This document shows, one piece after another, positions 20,123-27,802 of a DNA stretch of 64,000 nt; position 1 is the first letter of the stretch; each line of letters begins with the position of its first letter. Made by a program: the position numbers and the translations under genes. Under the pieces are notes generated by a model. That model made no database searches. It was not told the origin of the DNA and saw only the letters and a program-made list of their open reading frames with translations. Source of the stretch: Desulfobacterales bacterium (GTDB lineage Bacteria; Desulfobacterota; Desulfobacteria; Desulfobacterales; SURF-7). The stretch is taken from positions 115,849 through 179,848 of the forward strand of contig JANQFQ010000051.1 in the NCBI GenBank assembly GCA_028277765.1. The letters run 5' to 3'.

Positions 20123-20629
20123 TTAATAGATGCCTGCTTTTACAAGCAGATCATAAACGCCGATACTGTCGAGATGCTTCTTAATGAACTCCATAACTGT
20201 CGGCTGATAAGGCACAAAGTTTCTCTTATTAAAAAACATCTTTGCTTCCCTTAGGGTCCTGTCACCTTTTTTGTTATTGCAATCCACGCAGGAAGTTACA
20301 GTGTTTTCAAAAGTATTCTTACCTCCTCGTGACTGCGGAAAAACATGATCAATGTTCAGATTTTTTTTGGTTCCGCAGTAAACACATTTGAATACATCCC
20401 GAACCATCACGTTTTTTTTGGACCATGCCACAGCCTTTCGATAAATCTGTCTGACCAGATAAATCAGACGGAGAATCAACGGCACAACAATCTCTTCTGT
20501 TGCGGTTCTTACAATCATTTCAGAATACTTCTCCACGGTCACCTTTCCCTTGGCAACCAGCTTTAAAGCCCGTCGCACGGAAATGCTGTTAATGTAAGAA
20601 TAGTCCTGGTTTAAAAGTATTACTCTCAT
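20123..20629 (-). CDS. HNH endonuclease embedded in the tRNA array
   Basis: CVYCGTKKNLNIDHVFPQSRGG...N..VTSCVDCNNKKG HNH/zinc-finger motif; 168 aa. Confidence 0.75.
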   Translation of the reverse strand: MRVILLNQDYSYINSISVRRALKLVAKGKVTVEKYSEMIVRTATEEIVVPLILRLIYLVRQIYRKAVAWSKKNVMVRDVFKCVYCGTKKNLNIDHVFPQSRGGKNTFENTVTSCVDCNNKKGDRTLREAKMFFNKRNFVPYQPTVMEFIKKHLDSIGVYDLLVKAGIY

Positions 20630-20642
20630 GATCCACCGCCTT

Positions 20643-20717
20643 TGGCGCGCCTGGCAGGAATCGAACCCGCATATCAGAGCTTAGAAGGCTCCTGCTATTC
20701 CGTTTAGCTACAGGCGC
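20643..20717 (-). tRNA. tRNA-Arg (TCT)
   Basis: Loop cuUCUaa, acceptor GCGCCUG/CAGGCGC, CCA encoded. Confidence 0.75.
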
Positions 20718-20750
20718 TTGCCCATTATAACCTGCTTCTCCTTTCATTCT

Positions 20751-20855
20751 TAATGGTTTGCCCTCCGTAGCTCGATGTCTTTGATCCTTTTGCCCTCCGC
20801 CGCTAAAGCTATGGAGGGCACCATCCTTCTTCATCGCTCTGCTCTGAGCGAAGGA
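20751..20855. repeat. TASR repeat copy b
   Basis: Near-identical to copy a (..gccctccgccgctaaagctatggagggcaccatccttcttcatcgctctgctctgagcgaaggatgg). Confidence 0.65.
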
Positions 20856-20931
20856 TGGTGGAGGCGACAGGAATCGAACCCGCACGATACTGGATGCAAA
20901 CCAGCTGCTCTCCCTATTGAGCTACGCCCCC
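20856..20931 (-). tRNA. tRNA-Ala (TGC)
   Basis: Loop uuUGCau, and G3.U70 Ala identity pair present in acceptor GGGGGCG/CGCCUCC. Confidence 0.75.
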
Positions 20932-20960
20932 ATTTTCATTTCACTTAATCCTATCAATTT

Positions 20961-21037
20961 TAATGGCCTGCCATCCGTAGCTCGTTGCTATTGAGCCCTT
21001 AGCCCTCCTTCTTCGTCGCTTTACTCCGAGCGAAGGA
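20961..21037. repeat. TASR repeat copy c (middle hairpin deleted)
   Basis: atggcctgccatccgtagctcgttgc...ccctccttcttcgtcgctttactccgagcgaaggatgg. Confidence 0.6.
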
Positions 21038-21115
21038 TGGTGAGTGTGGAGGGACTCGAACCCTCAACTTACAGATTAAAAGCCTGTTACGCTGATCCAG
21101 TTGCGTCACACACTC
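21038..21115 (-). tRNA. tRNA-Lys (TTT)
   Basis: Loop cuUUUaa, acceptor GAGUGUG/CACACUC, CCA encoded. Confidence 0.7.
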
Positions 21116-21148
21116 ACATGTTAAACATCCTTTCCTCTATTTGTTTTC

Positions 21149-21224
21149 TGGTAGCGGCGGCCGGATTTGAACCGGCGCTGCACTGGATATGAACCAGTTG
21201 CTCTGCCTATTGAGCTACGCCGCA
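21149..21224 (-). tRNA. tRNA-Met/Ile2 type (CAT) with U1.U72 terminal mismatch
   Basis: Loop uuCAUau, T-arm GCCGG-TTCAAAT-CCGGC. The 1-72 mismatch is initiator-like but the anticodon stem lacks the three G-C pairs. Confidence 0.6.
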
Positions 21225-21231
21225 ACAAAAT

Positions 21232-21306
21232 TGGTAGCGATACCTGGAATCGAACCAGGGTTGCTCGATTATCGGTCGAGTGTTCTGCCTGCTGAACTAT
21301 ATCGCC
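21232..21306 (-). tRNA. tRNA-Ile (GAT), unusual C33
   Basis: Loop ccGAUaa, acceptor GGCGAUA/UAUCGCU, CCA encoded. Confidence 0.65.
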
Positions 21307-21319
21307 CCGATTTATATTC

Positions 21320-21398
21320 TGGCACCCCCGGGAAGATTCGAACTCCCGCAAACCCGGCTTCGAAGGCCGGCGCTCTGGATCCGCTGAGCTACGGGGGC
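21320..21398 (-). tRNA. tRNA-Arg (TCG)
   Basis: Loop cuUCGaa, acceptor GCCCCCG/CGGGGGU, CCA encoded. Confidence 0.6.
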
Positions 21399-21419
21399 AT
21401 ATGTCATCAAAACTTTCTT

Positions 21420-21493
21420 TAATTTCTTTGCCCTCCGTTGCTAAAGCTATGGAGGGCACCATCCTTCTCTGTCGCGCTGCTCCGAGCGAAGGA
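21420..21493. repeat. TASR repeat copy d (5' part missing)
   Basis: ..gccctccgttgctaaagctatggagggcaccatccttctctgtcgcgctgctccgagcgaaggatgg. Confidence 0.6.
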
Positions 21494-21569
21494 TGGTGGA
21501 CCCGGAAGGCATCGAACCTCCATAATACCGGTTATGAGCCGGCTGCTCTGCCGATTAAGCTACGGGTCC
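21494..21569 (-). tRNA. tRNA-Met (CAT), elongator-type
   Basis: Loop cuCAUaa, acceptor GGACCCG/CGGGUCC fully paired, CCA encoded. Confidence 0.7.
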
Positions 21570-21580
21570 AATTGCTTCTC

Positions 21581-21690
21581 ACGCCATATGGCCAGCCATC
21601 CGTAGCTCGTTGCCATTGAGCCCTTAGCCCTCCGCCGTTAAAGCTATGGAGGGCACCATCCTTCTCCGTCGTATTGCTCCGAGCGAAGGA
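21581..21690. repeat. TASR repeat copy e
   Basis: atggccagccatccgtagctcgttgccattgagcccttagccctccgccgttaaagctatggagggcaccatccttctccgtcgtattgctccgagcgaaggatgg. Confidence 0.65.
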
Positions 21691-21773
21691 TGGTGAGAGG
21701 GGGATTCGAACCCCCAAGGCTGTTACGCCCCACAGTTTAGCAGTCTGCTGCCATACCGTTCGGCCATCTCACC
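21691..21773 (-). tRNA. tRNA-Ser (GCT), class II, CCA not encoded
   Basis: Acceptor GGUGAGA/UCUCACC, loop cuGCUaa, long variable arm, T-arm GGGGG-TTCGAAT-CCCCC. Confidence 0.65.
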
Positions 21774-21821
21774 ATGTTTTCAATTTCGGTCTATGTATTA
21801 CCGTTTGCATTACCTCCTTTT

Positions 21822-21926
21822 TTATGGCCAGCCATCCGTAGCTCGGTGCATTTGATCCTTTTGCCCTCCGTCGCTAAAGCTATGGACGGCGCCATCCTTC
21901 TTCGTCGACTTACTCCGAGCGAAGGA
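21822..21926. repeat. TASR repeat copy f
   Basis: ttatggccagccatccgtagctcggtgc...gccctccgtcgctaaagctatggacggcgccatccttcttcgtcgacttactccgagcgaaggatgg. Confidence 0.65.
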
Positions 21927-22019
21927 TGGCGGAGGGACAGAGACTCGAACTCTGACGCGCCTTTTCAGGCGTTACTGGTTTTCAAGACCAGGCCCCGCCC
22001 CGCTGGGGTCAACCCCTCC
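21927..22019 (-). tRNA. tRNA-Ser (TGA), class II, 93 nt with irregular D-arm
   Basis: Anticodon arm CUGGU-cuUGAaa-ACCAG and T-arm CAGAG-TTCGAGT-CUCUG closely match enterobacterial tRNA-Ser(UGA). Long variable hairpin. TGA anticodon, not TCA, so not tRNA-Sec. Confidence 0.65.
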
Positions 22020-22230
22020 GAATGTCTATCCCGAATTTCGGGCGCAATTCACCTGTGAAAGTTTTTAAACATTTTTGTAAAAACTTTCTGTTTCGAACAG
22101 TACTATTGGCGTCTGACCCTGAATAAAAGCCCGGATTTTTCTGTAGCATTCAAGCTGTTTAAAAATCCGGTGATCGGTCAATTAACGGGATTTTCCGTTA
22201 TTTAGCGCATTCTATTTTCCTGTTCATATA

Positions 22231-22310
22231 ATCTTCTTCAAAAAAAAACCCTTTCAGTATGCCTTGGGCAACCGAAAGGGTTTATAAAAAGCATACTGAT
22301 CGTAGTAATC
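22231..22310. ncRNA. Candidate structured RNA motif, copy 1 (pseudoknot-capable: CCCTTTC..AGTATGC..GAAAGGG..GCATACT plus CTGA..TCAG hairpin)
   Basis: Interleaved complementarity, conserved in a second copy at 22551-22640 with a compensatory T>C / A>G change in the second helix. No ORF. Confidence 0.4.
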
Positions 22311-22550
22311 AGGTCATATGTTCCTCCGTATCTATAATTGCACTGGAAAAATTTAAATTGGCACAGAGCAATGAGGACATACTCCTGCGTTTAGTATTAC
22401 TGCCCGGGTAATACCATAGGTCGCTCTTGGGTATATATTGTTTTAATTGCTGCATTTTTTCCTTTACCTTGTTTGTAATCGAAACTGTTTTTTCAATTAA
22501 ATCCCCATTGGGCAGGTTTGGAACCCGCCCCTACATTAATCTAAATATTT

Positions 22551-22640
22551 GTTCAACCAATTAAAAAGCCCCTTTCAGCATGCTGCCGAAAGGGGCTGTA
22601 AAATTCATGCTGAAATTTAGTATCAGTTCATGGGCCCCTC
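22551..22640. ncRNA. Candidate structured RNA motif, copy 2
   Basis: GCCCCTTTCAGCATGCTG..CCGAAAGGGGCTGTAAAATTCATGCTGAAATTTAGTATCAG aligns with copy 1 and keeps all three pairings. Confidence 0.4.
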
Positions 22641-22894
22641 CCGGCGTGATATTCTGACATATGCCAGATGAATACCGTTATAAAACGGATTCAAGAGGGT
22701 GGCTTCGGATAGGCTAAAATCCAAAAGCCTTTTAATTTGTTTTAAACATAGTAACCAAATCATTTTTAAATTCCTTAGTAATTTTTAACCTAATTATACA
22801 CTCTCTTTCGCGCGAAGTCAACAGCCGATTTTTATCATTCTTGATTTAAAATCTCCTGAGAAGCCTATAAAACCTGTATTTCTTTTACAAATAA

Positions 22895-23413
22895 TCATAA
22901 TGAAATTTTTAGGCCAAACTTTTCTTTTATTGTCAGCAACGCTTCTGCATTCCCTTTTGCATCATCTACAGGATAATGCGTATGTTTGGTTTTCCTTAGA
23001 TGTTTAAAATTCTTAAACATATCTTTTACAATACCTTTATATAAAGATCCTAAGTTCGTTGAACTAAATCCAAAGGGATTCTTTCCTGTAAAATGATGAA
23101 AATACCAGTTAATAAATTGCCAATCAAAACCATTGTTATCAGAGATAAACATTGGCTGGCTTTTAGAGTGCGTTTTAATCCAGCTAGCAAAATTCATCAT
23201 GACCTCTTTTGGTTCATCAAACGCCAGTACTTCCTCCCGGCTAAAGCCACTCACTGCCAGTGCTTCAGGAATCCAGTTTTCTGAAATCGGCCGCATTTGC
23301 CCGTAAAAAGTTTTTTCAAGGCCCGGTTTTACGATAACCGCCCCAAAGCTGATCATCGAATAATCGTCAGGTATGGGACCATCAGATTCTATATCTACCA
23401 TTATATAACTCAT
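22895..23413 (-). CDS. DEDDh-family 3'-5' exonuclease (DnaQ/RNase T-like), single domain
   Basis: Exo I MVDIESDG, Exo II FISDNNGFDW, Exo III HxxxxD as HTHYPVDDA; 172 aa. Confidence 0.75.
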   Translation of the reverse strand: MSYIMVDIESDGPIPDDYSMISFGAVIVKPGLEKTFYGQMRPISENWIPEALAVSGFSREEVLAFDEPKEVMMNFASWIKTHSKSQPMFISDNNGFDWQFINWYFHHFTGKNPFGFSSTNLGSLYKGIVKDMFKNFKHLRKTKHTHYPVDDAKGNAEALLTIKEKFGLKISL

Positions 23414-23427
23414 TTATAACCTCCAGA

Positions 23428-23511
23428 GGAGATGGTGGGCACAGCCCACCCTACAAATCAACCGATCTATAGCTTTAACAAAACGTAGGGCGGGCTGTGC
23501 CCACCATCTCC
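23428..23511. repeat. Long perfect palindrome R1, copy 1 (27-bp arms GGAGATGGTGGGCACAGCCCACCCTAC, ~30-nt loop)
   Basis: Intercistronic between the exonuclease and HEAT genes. Second copy at 28213-28293. Confidence 0.7.
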
Positions 23512-23512
23512 T

Positions 23513-25165
23513 TTAAACCTTTTCCAGGTTAAATCTTATGCTTTTCACAATCCAGTCATCAATATATTTCCCAAATTTCAACAATGCATTTTCTATTCGC
23601 TTTTTCTGGTCCTGAGTCGGTTTTGTAAAGCTTCTATTAAACCCTGGCGGCCATTTTTCCAAATACATTACGGCTCTTTCTTTTACTATTGCATCAGCTG
23701 ATACAGCACCTTCAATCAAATAAGAAACACTGTCCCATTTTGAAAGATGCCTGATCACAAAAAGAATATTAAGCTTACTGTACTGTTTGTCAGTATTCTT
23801 AAATGCTCTCCAAAGCTCATCTGCATCATATATGTATTTTAACGTACTTAAAATCATTGCTGCTTCCCGTGAAATACCCGGGGTGTCTTCAACGATTTTT
23901 CGGGAAAAAAGCTCCGCATATTCTTTGGGGCTTAATTTGCCCACAGCACGAATCGCGGCTTTTCTAATTTTCGCAAGTCGATGTGTAACAGCACCAACAA
24001 TTAAATCCGCATCATCACTTTTGCCTGTTTCACCTAAACCGCAAATAGCCCCCTGCAGTTTTTCTTTTTTTTCCTGTTTAATGAATTTGCGATAAATTTC
24101 AGCAAAATCTATTTCTTTCTTTTTGGCCAGATAAAATCTGGCAAACTCCCTGATCGATTTATGAGAATCGAGCAGGGAGTCATACAGTTTATCTTCTGCC
24201 TGATCAGGAAACCTTTCAATTATGACCGATAATGCCTCTCTGCGCACAGGCATAAAGCTGTTTGAGAGCATTTTTTTAAGGCACTTTGAAATATAAATTT
24301 CATCATAAAGCGCTCTAATTTTTCGAGCACATTTTATCCTGATAACACAATCATGATCTGCCAGCCCAATGTCCAGGGCTTCATTTTCTATACCTGTATT
24401 AACATTAAGAACCAATTGAAAACAGCTCCTCCTTGCTTTCAGGTCGATTAAAAACAAGCCGTTTTTCAAAGCATCATATGAATGCTCACTGGTTAATAAA
24501 GCGGTTATTTTTTCAACCGTCTCTTTATGATCATGTCGCCTGCAGTCTAAAAGACTGTTGATAATAGCCATGTTTGACACAAAATGTTCTATATAATCCT
24601 CGTCAATTCGGCTCTTAATGCTCCTTAAAGCTATTTTATGAATTTCCCTCACCCAGTCATTTAACCTGATGAGAATAAACGGCAATTCCTTTCCAGATTT
24701 TATTTTTCTAAGTTTCTTTAGTGCTGATTCACGTATATATCCATTACTGTGAAATGTTGTTAATGCAAGAACGGCAAAAGATTCATCGTTTTTCCCTTTA
24801 AAATGCCCCACATCTGCAGGGACCAAATTCCATTGCCCATAACTGCTCATCGTGTAATACGGTGATCTTTCACGCACTTGCAAATCAAGCCAACCCAGCT
24901 CAGACACTGGAATCATTTTTAAAAGTGTTTCAAGGACACTTGATGCAGCTGTCGCAACATCCAGATGTTTTGAATATGCAAAAGGCAAAATATCCGGGAT
25001 TACCGCCGGTTCCATGCGAGAGCCGATTTGGATGATATGGTCGGCAATCCTGCTTGAATCTTCAAAAAGTTTATTAAGCTGTCCCCCAGAATCATATAAT
25101 TCATTTATCAAGCTCCTGGTCACTTCAGAAACTTTGCGTGAAAATGTATGGGTACTCTGTTTCAT
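23513..25165 (-). CDS. HEAT/armadillo-repeat protein
   Basis: Repeated amphipathic helix pairs (..VRREALSVIIE.., ..AKIRKAAIRAVGKL..) over 550 aa. All-alpha by composition. Confidence 0.55.
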   Translation of the reverse strand: MKQSTHTFSRKVSEVTRSLINELYDSGGQLNKLFEDSSRIADHIIQIGSRMEPAVIPDILPFAYSKHLDVATAASSVLETLLKMIPVSELGWLDLQVRERSPYYTMSSYGQWNLVPADVGHFKGKNDESFAVLALTTFHSNGYIRESALKKLRKIKSGKELPFILIRLNDWVREIHKIALRSIKSRIDEDYIEHFVSNMAIINSLLDCRRHDHKETVEKITALLTSEHSYDALKNGLFLIDLKARRSCFQLVLNVNTGIENEALDIGLADHDCVIRIKCARKIRALYDEIYISKCLKKMLSNSFMPVRREALSVIIERFPDQAEDKLYDSLLDSHKSIREFARFYLAKKKEIDFAEIYRKFIKQEKKEKLQGAICGLGETGKSDDADLIVGAVTHRLAKIRKAAIRAVGKLSPKEYAELFSRKIVEDTPGISREAAMILSTLKYIYDADELWRAFKNTDKQYSKLNILFVIRHLSKWDSVSYLIEGAVSADAIVKERAVMYLEKWPPGFNRSFTKPTQDQKKRIENALLKFGKYIDDWIVKSIRFNLEKV

Positions 25166-25179
25166 TTTTTTAATTTCGC

Positions 25180-25250
25180 ATAAGTAGGTTAGGTTGAGCC
25201 GGTTTGCCCATGTTGGGTTAAAAACCGAAACCCAACCTACAAAAATTTAG
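25180..25250. repeat. R2 hairpin element, copy 1 (GTAGGTTG..GTTGGGTT-loop-AACCCAACCTAC)
   Basis: Second copy at 28362-28428; both intercistronic in the minus-strand operon. Confidence 0.55.
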
Positions 25251-25282
25251 CGTTCAATCCTTTGCAATCCCATAGACCACAG

Positions 25283-27145
25283 TTAACAATGCTTAATCAA
25301 ATCAATAATCGTGGTTTTATCAAGCATCTCTGGTGACAAGTCAATGTGATCACCGTCAGGTTTTTCAGCAACCACGGTTGCCCCTGCTATACTCAACATT
25401 TCTCTAAAATCTAGAGAATTCACCATACTGCCAACCAAATATTTTCTTGCATACTTTGATTGCTCGTTCTTTGCAGATGTAATGGAATTACCAATGCTGA
25501 CGTTTGCAAAGTACACCCGGTTCTCTCCATCAATATTTACGATCAATCCTAAGATGTTCTGCTTTTTAGTAATATTTATATTAGCACTCGCAATAAGATT
25601 GTTCACATCGATCATATAATTTTTTTTAAACTTATTTGGTTTTTCATGTGCAGCCATAATCTTGCACTCGACTTCATCACCTTTTTGGAAATTATAGTAA
25701 TTCACCATTAATATCCTTGCTTCCTGGTATCCCTTTTTGATGTAAAAAAGCTCAGATGCTCCTCGCGGTGCAGGCGCGTCCGTAATATCCCCGGAGAACA
25801 GAACACTTCGGTCATCTGACCGATAAGCCTCATCCCATCCTATCTTGCCGGATTCACCAATAACAGATAAGTCCAAATCTACCTGCTTATTGGTATTTGT
25901 CCAATGAATACCCACAATCAAATCTTCCGGCACTGAGATATAACTGCCTGTTGGGAGATTTCCGGTAAACTGCTTTTCCGTTGCTGGTAAAGCATAATAA
26001 ACGTTTGATGGAATATAAAACGTCTTTTGATTAACATTCTTCTGGATATCACCGACTATTGAAGTAACAACTATATCCAGCGCTTCCCGGGTCGTTTCAT
26101 TAAGGCATTCATGCCACTCAAATTCTGTTGCCCAGCCGCGGCCGTTTCGAATTTTGTAAACAATTGATCCTTCAGGTTGAAGACGATGCTTGAGGGCATA
26201 TGCCAGGCGAATTTTCCGAAAGATACTTGCTTTTTCAATCCTTTCTCCTAATTCATCCAAATTTAATGTTCCGTATTTTATTTGAGACGTTATGCTGTTC
26301 AAATAATCTTCCGGTAATGGAACGTGTAATTTGTCTGCTTTTTTCCGTAATTGATTAAAAAATGTCTTATTTTGCGAAATAGACTTCATGGCTAAAAATA
26401 ATGGTTTAAACCGAAAGAAAATAGAAGCCAGATCGTCTGGCGCATCTTTAATCAACATATCCAGGAATTTTCCATTTGCTTCCTTTATCTTCTCGATCAA
26501 ATAATCACTTTTTATAATTAATGATTCGTCTGTCAGCTTGCTAATCAAATGACGCAAAAACTCAACCGGATCAGAAGGCACAAGGCCATAAAGGTCATAA
26601 AGCAATGCCTTCAGCTCTCGATTGCCTATCTCATGGGCAAAATCACTGTCATAGTTATTGGCTTTTACAATGGTCATAATATCGTCCAATGTTTCTTGCG
26701 CAAGAGCGATTCCTGACCCTAAGTTTATAATTCTGTCAAGGATCTCCTGTGCATCCATCGCCTTAATAATAATTAACGGGACGCTGTCTTTAATAACAGG
26801 CAGTTCCAAAACCTCACTTGGAATATAAACCGCATCTTCCCGATAAATACCAAGCTCCTTGTATCCATACGTGGTTATGTAATGAATGATTTGCTGAATC
26901 ACTAAAGATTCCATTGAAGCATTCTGGACGACTTCCCAGGACTTATGAAAGGCAGCATTTGCTTTTTCACCGGAAATACCTACAACACTTTCAATAACAT
27001 CCAGCAAATCATTATTCGGCCATATGGCTTCATCAAGCAGATAACCGTTTTTAATTGTCCGCTCAAGAACAGACTGAGGTATATTTTTTTTGTTTTTGTT
27101 CTTAACTTGAATAGCATTAAACAATCTCAATGTTGCAGTTTTCAT
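25283..27145 (-). CDS. Large hypothetical protein (620 aa; N-terminal alpha-helical ~350 aa, C-terminal beta-rich domain)
   Basis: Long ORF with AAGGAGA 9 nt upstream of the ATG. No motif I can name; no MIDAS/vWA motif and no TROVE hallmark seen by eye. Confidence 0.6.
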   Translation of the reverse strand: MKTATLRLFNAIQVKNKNKKNIPQSVLERTIKNGYLLDEAIWPNNDLLDVIESVVGISGEKANAAFHKSWEVVQNASMESLVIQQIIHYITTYGYKELGIYREDAVYIPSEVLELPVIKDSVPLIIIKAMDAQEILDRIINLGSGIALAQETLDDIMTIVKANNYDSDFAHEIGNRELKALLYDLYGLVPSDPVEFLRHLISKLTDESLIIKSDYLIEKIKEANGKFLDMLIKDAPDDLASIFFRFKPLFLAMKSISQNKTFFNQLRKKADKLHVPLPEDYLNSITSQIKYGTLNLDELGERIEKASIFRKIRLAYALKHRLQPEGSIVYKIRNGRGWATEFEWHECLNETTREALDIVVTSIVGDIQKNVNQKTFYIPSNVYYALPATEKQFTGNLPTGSYISVPEDLIVGIHWTNTNKQVDLDLSVIGESGKIGWDEAYRSDDRSVLFSGDITDAPAPRGASELFYIKKGYQEARILMVNYYNFQKGDEVECKIMAAHEKPNKFKKNYMIDVNNLIASANINITKKQNILGLIVNIDGENRVYFANVSIGNSITSAKNEQSKYARKYLVGSMVNSLDFREMLSIAGATVVAEKPDGDHIDLSPEMLDKTTIIDLIKHC

Positions 27146-27163
27146 CGTAATCTCCTTTTAAAT

Positions 27164-27217
27164 GGGGCGAGAGGTAATTTAACTTATCGAGTTTTTTTTA
27201 AGGAACCTCTTGTGCCC
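27164..27217 (-). ncRNA. Hairpin module C (GGGC-ACA-AGAGG-U .. A-CCUCU-C-GCCC with A-rich loop)
   Basis: Same architecture as modules at 27345 and 28306, with compensatory base changes (GGGAG/CUCCU versus AGAGG/CCUCU). Confidence 0.55.
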
Positions 27218-27227
27218 TTCAATATGT

Positions 27228-27340
27228 CGGGGAAGGCAGGAATCGAACCTGCGACCGCCGGGTCCAAGATTTCAGGAACCCCCTGTGCCATAAAGCGGAG
27301 AGTAAAAAATCCCGGTGCTCTACCGCTGAGCTACTTCCCC
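27228..27340 (-). ncRNA. tRNA-like RNA (Y-RNA / YrlA-like tRNA mimic): intact acceptor, D-arm and T-arm, anticodon loop replaced by a 48-nt insertion
   Basis: GGGGAAG-UA-GCUC-AGCGGUAGA-GCAC-C-CCGGG-[48 nt incl. GGCACAGGGGGUUCC]-CCCGG-CGGUC-GCAGG-UUCGAUU-CCUGC-CUUCCCC. No CCA encoded. Sits in the rtcB operon flanked by hairpin modules. Confidence 0.6.
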
Positions 27341-27344
27341 ATAT

Positions 27345-27390
27345 GGGCGAGGAGTATTTTTCAAGGGTTTTTTAAGGAACTCCCTGTGCC
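27345..27390 (-). ncRNA. Hairpin module A (GGGC-ACA-GGGAG-U .. A-CUCCU-C-GCCC)
   Basis: Immediately 5' of the tRNA-like element in RNA sense; near-identical copy at 28306-28352. Confidence 0.55.
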
Positions 27391-27424
27391 CAAATGTTTC
27401 ATCTTTTTACAAATTAATATATTA

Positions 27425-27802
27425 TTAATATTTATTTGTTTTTAAAAATTTTTCTGCCTTTTTGACAAACAAATTACATCTTTTGGTTTTTTTCGCCACA
27501 TTAATAAATTTAGTGTATTTCTCTTCTGCTTTATTAAACCGCCCTGCTGTTTCATGGGATAAAGCTTCCCAAAAAATAGCCTCGTAAAGCATGGGAGATA
27601 ATTTCCATGCTTTTCGACTTGCGAAAATTGCCCTATCAATATCCCCTTCATTAAACCGGTTAAAATATTGAATCGTAGCATCAGCCACAGCAAGCAAAAC
27701 AAGCGGATCATCCTGATCCTTTTTATACTTTTCTAAAATTTCATCCATTTGCGCTTTTATCACTTCTCTGTTTTCGTCTACAGGATACACACCGAATTGC
27801 AC
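27425..27802 (-). CDS. Hypothetical protein (125 aa)
   Basis: ORF only; weak. Confidence 0.3.
   Translation of the reverse strand: MQFGVYPVDENREVIKAQMDEILEKYKKDQDDPLVLLAVADATIQYFNRFNEGDIDRAIFASRKAWKLSPMLYEAIFWEALSHETAGRFNKAEEKYTKFINVAKKTKRCNLFVKKAEKFLKTNKY

Noticed and set aside
17039-22058. Many 60-170-aa ORFs in the ORF track (e.g. 17241-17531, 18104-18442, 18870-19115, 19178-19697, 20589-20885, 21121-21462, 21774-22058)
   Set aside because: They run through or antisense to tRNA genes and structured repeats. No start context, low-complexity translations. Treated as spurious.
25283-27145. Calling the 620-aa protein Rsr/Ro60 (TROVE + vWA)
   Set aside because: Context suggests it, but I could not see a MIDAS (DxSxS) motif or any TROVE hallmark by eye. 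Left as hypothetical and flagged for HMM testing.
27228-27340. Ordinary tRNA with a group I intron
   Set aside because: The insert is only ~41 nt beyond a 7-nt loop, far below group I intron size, and it lacks the P/Q/R/S elements. tRNA-mimic ncRNA is the better fit.
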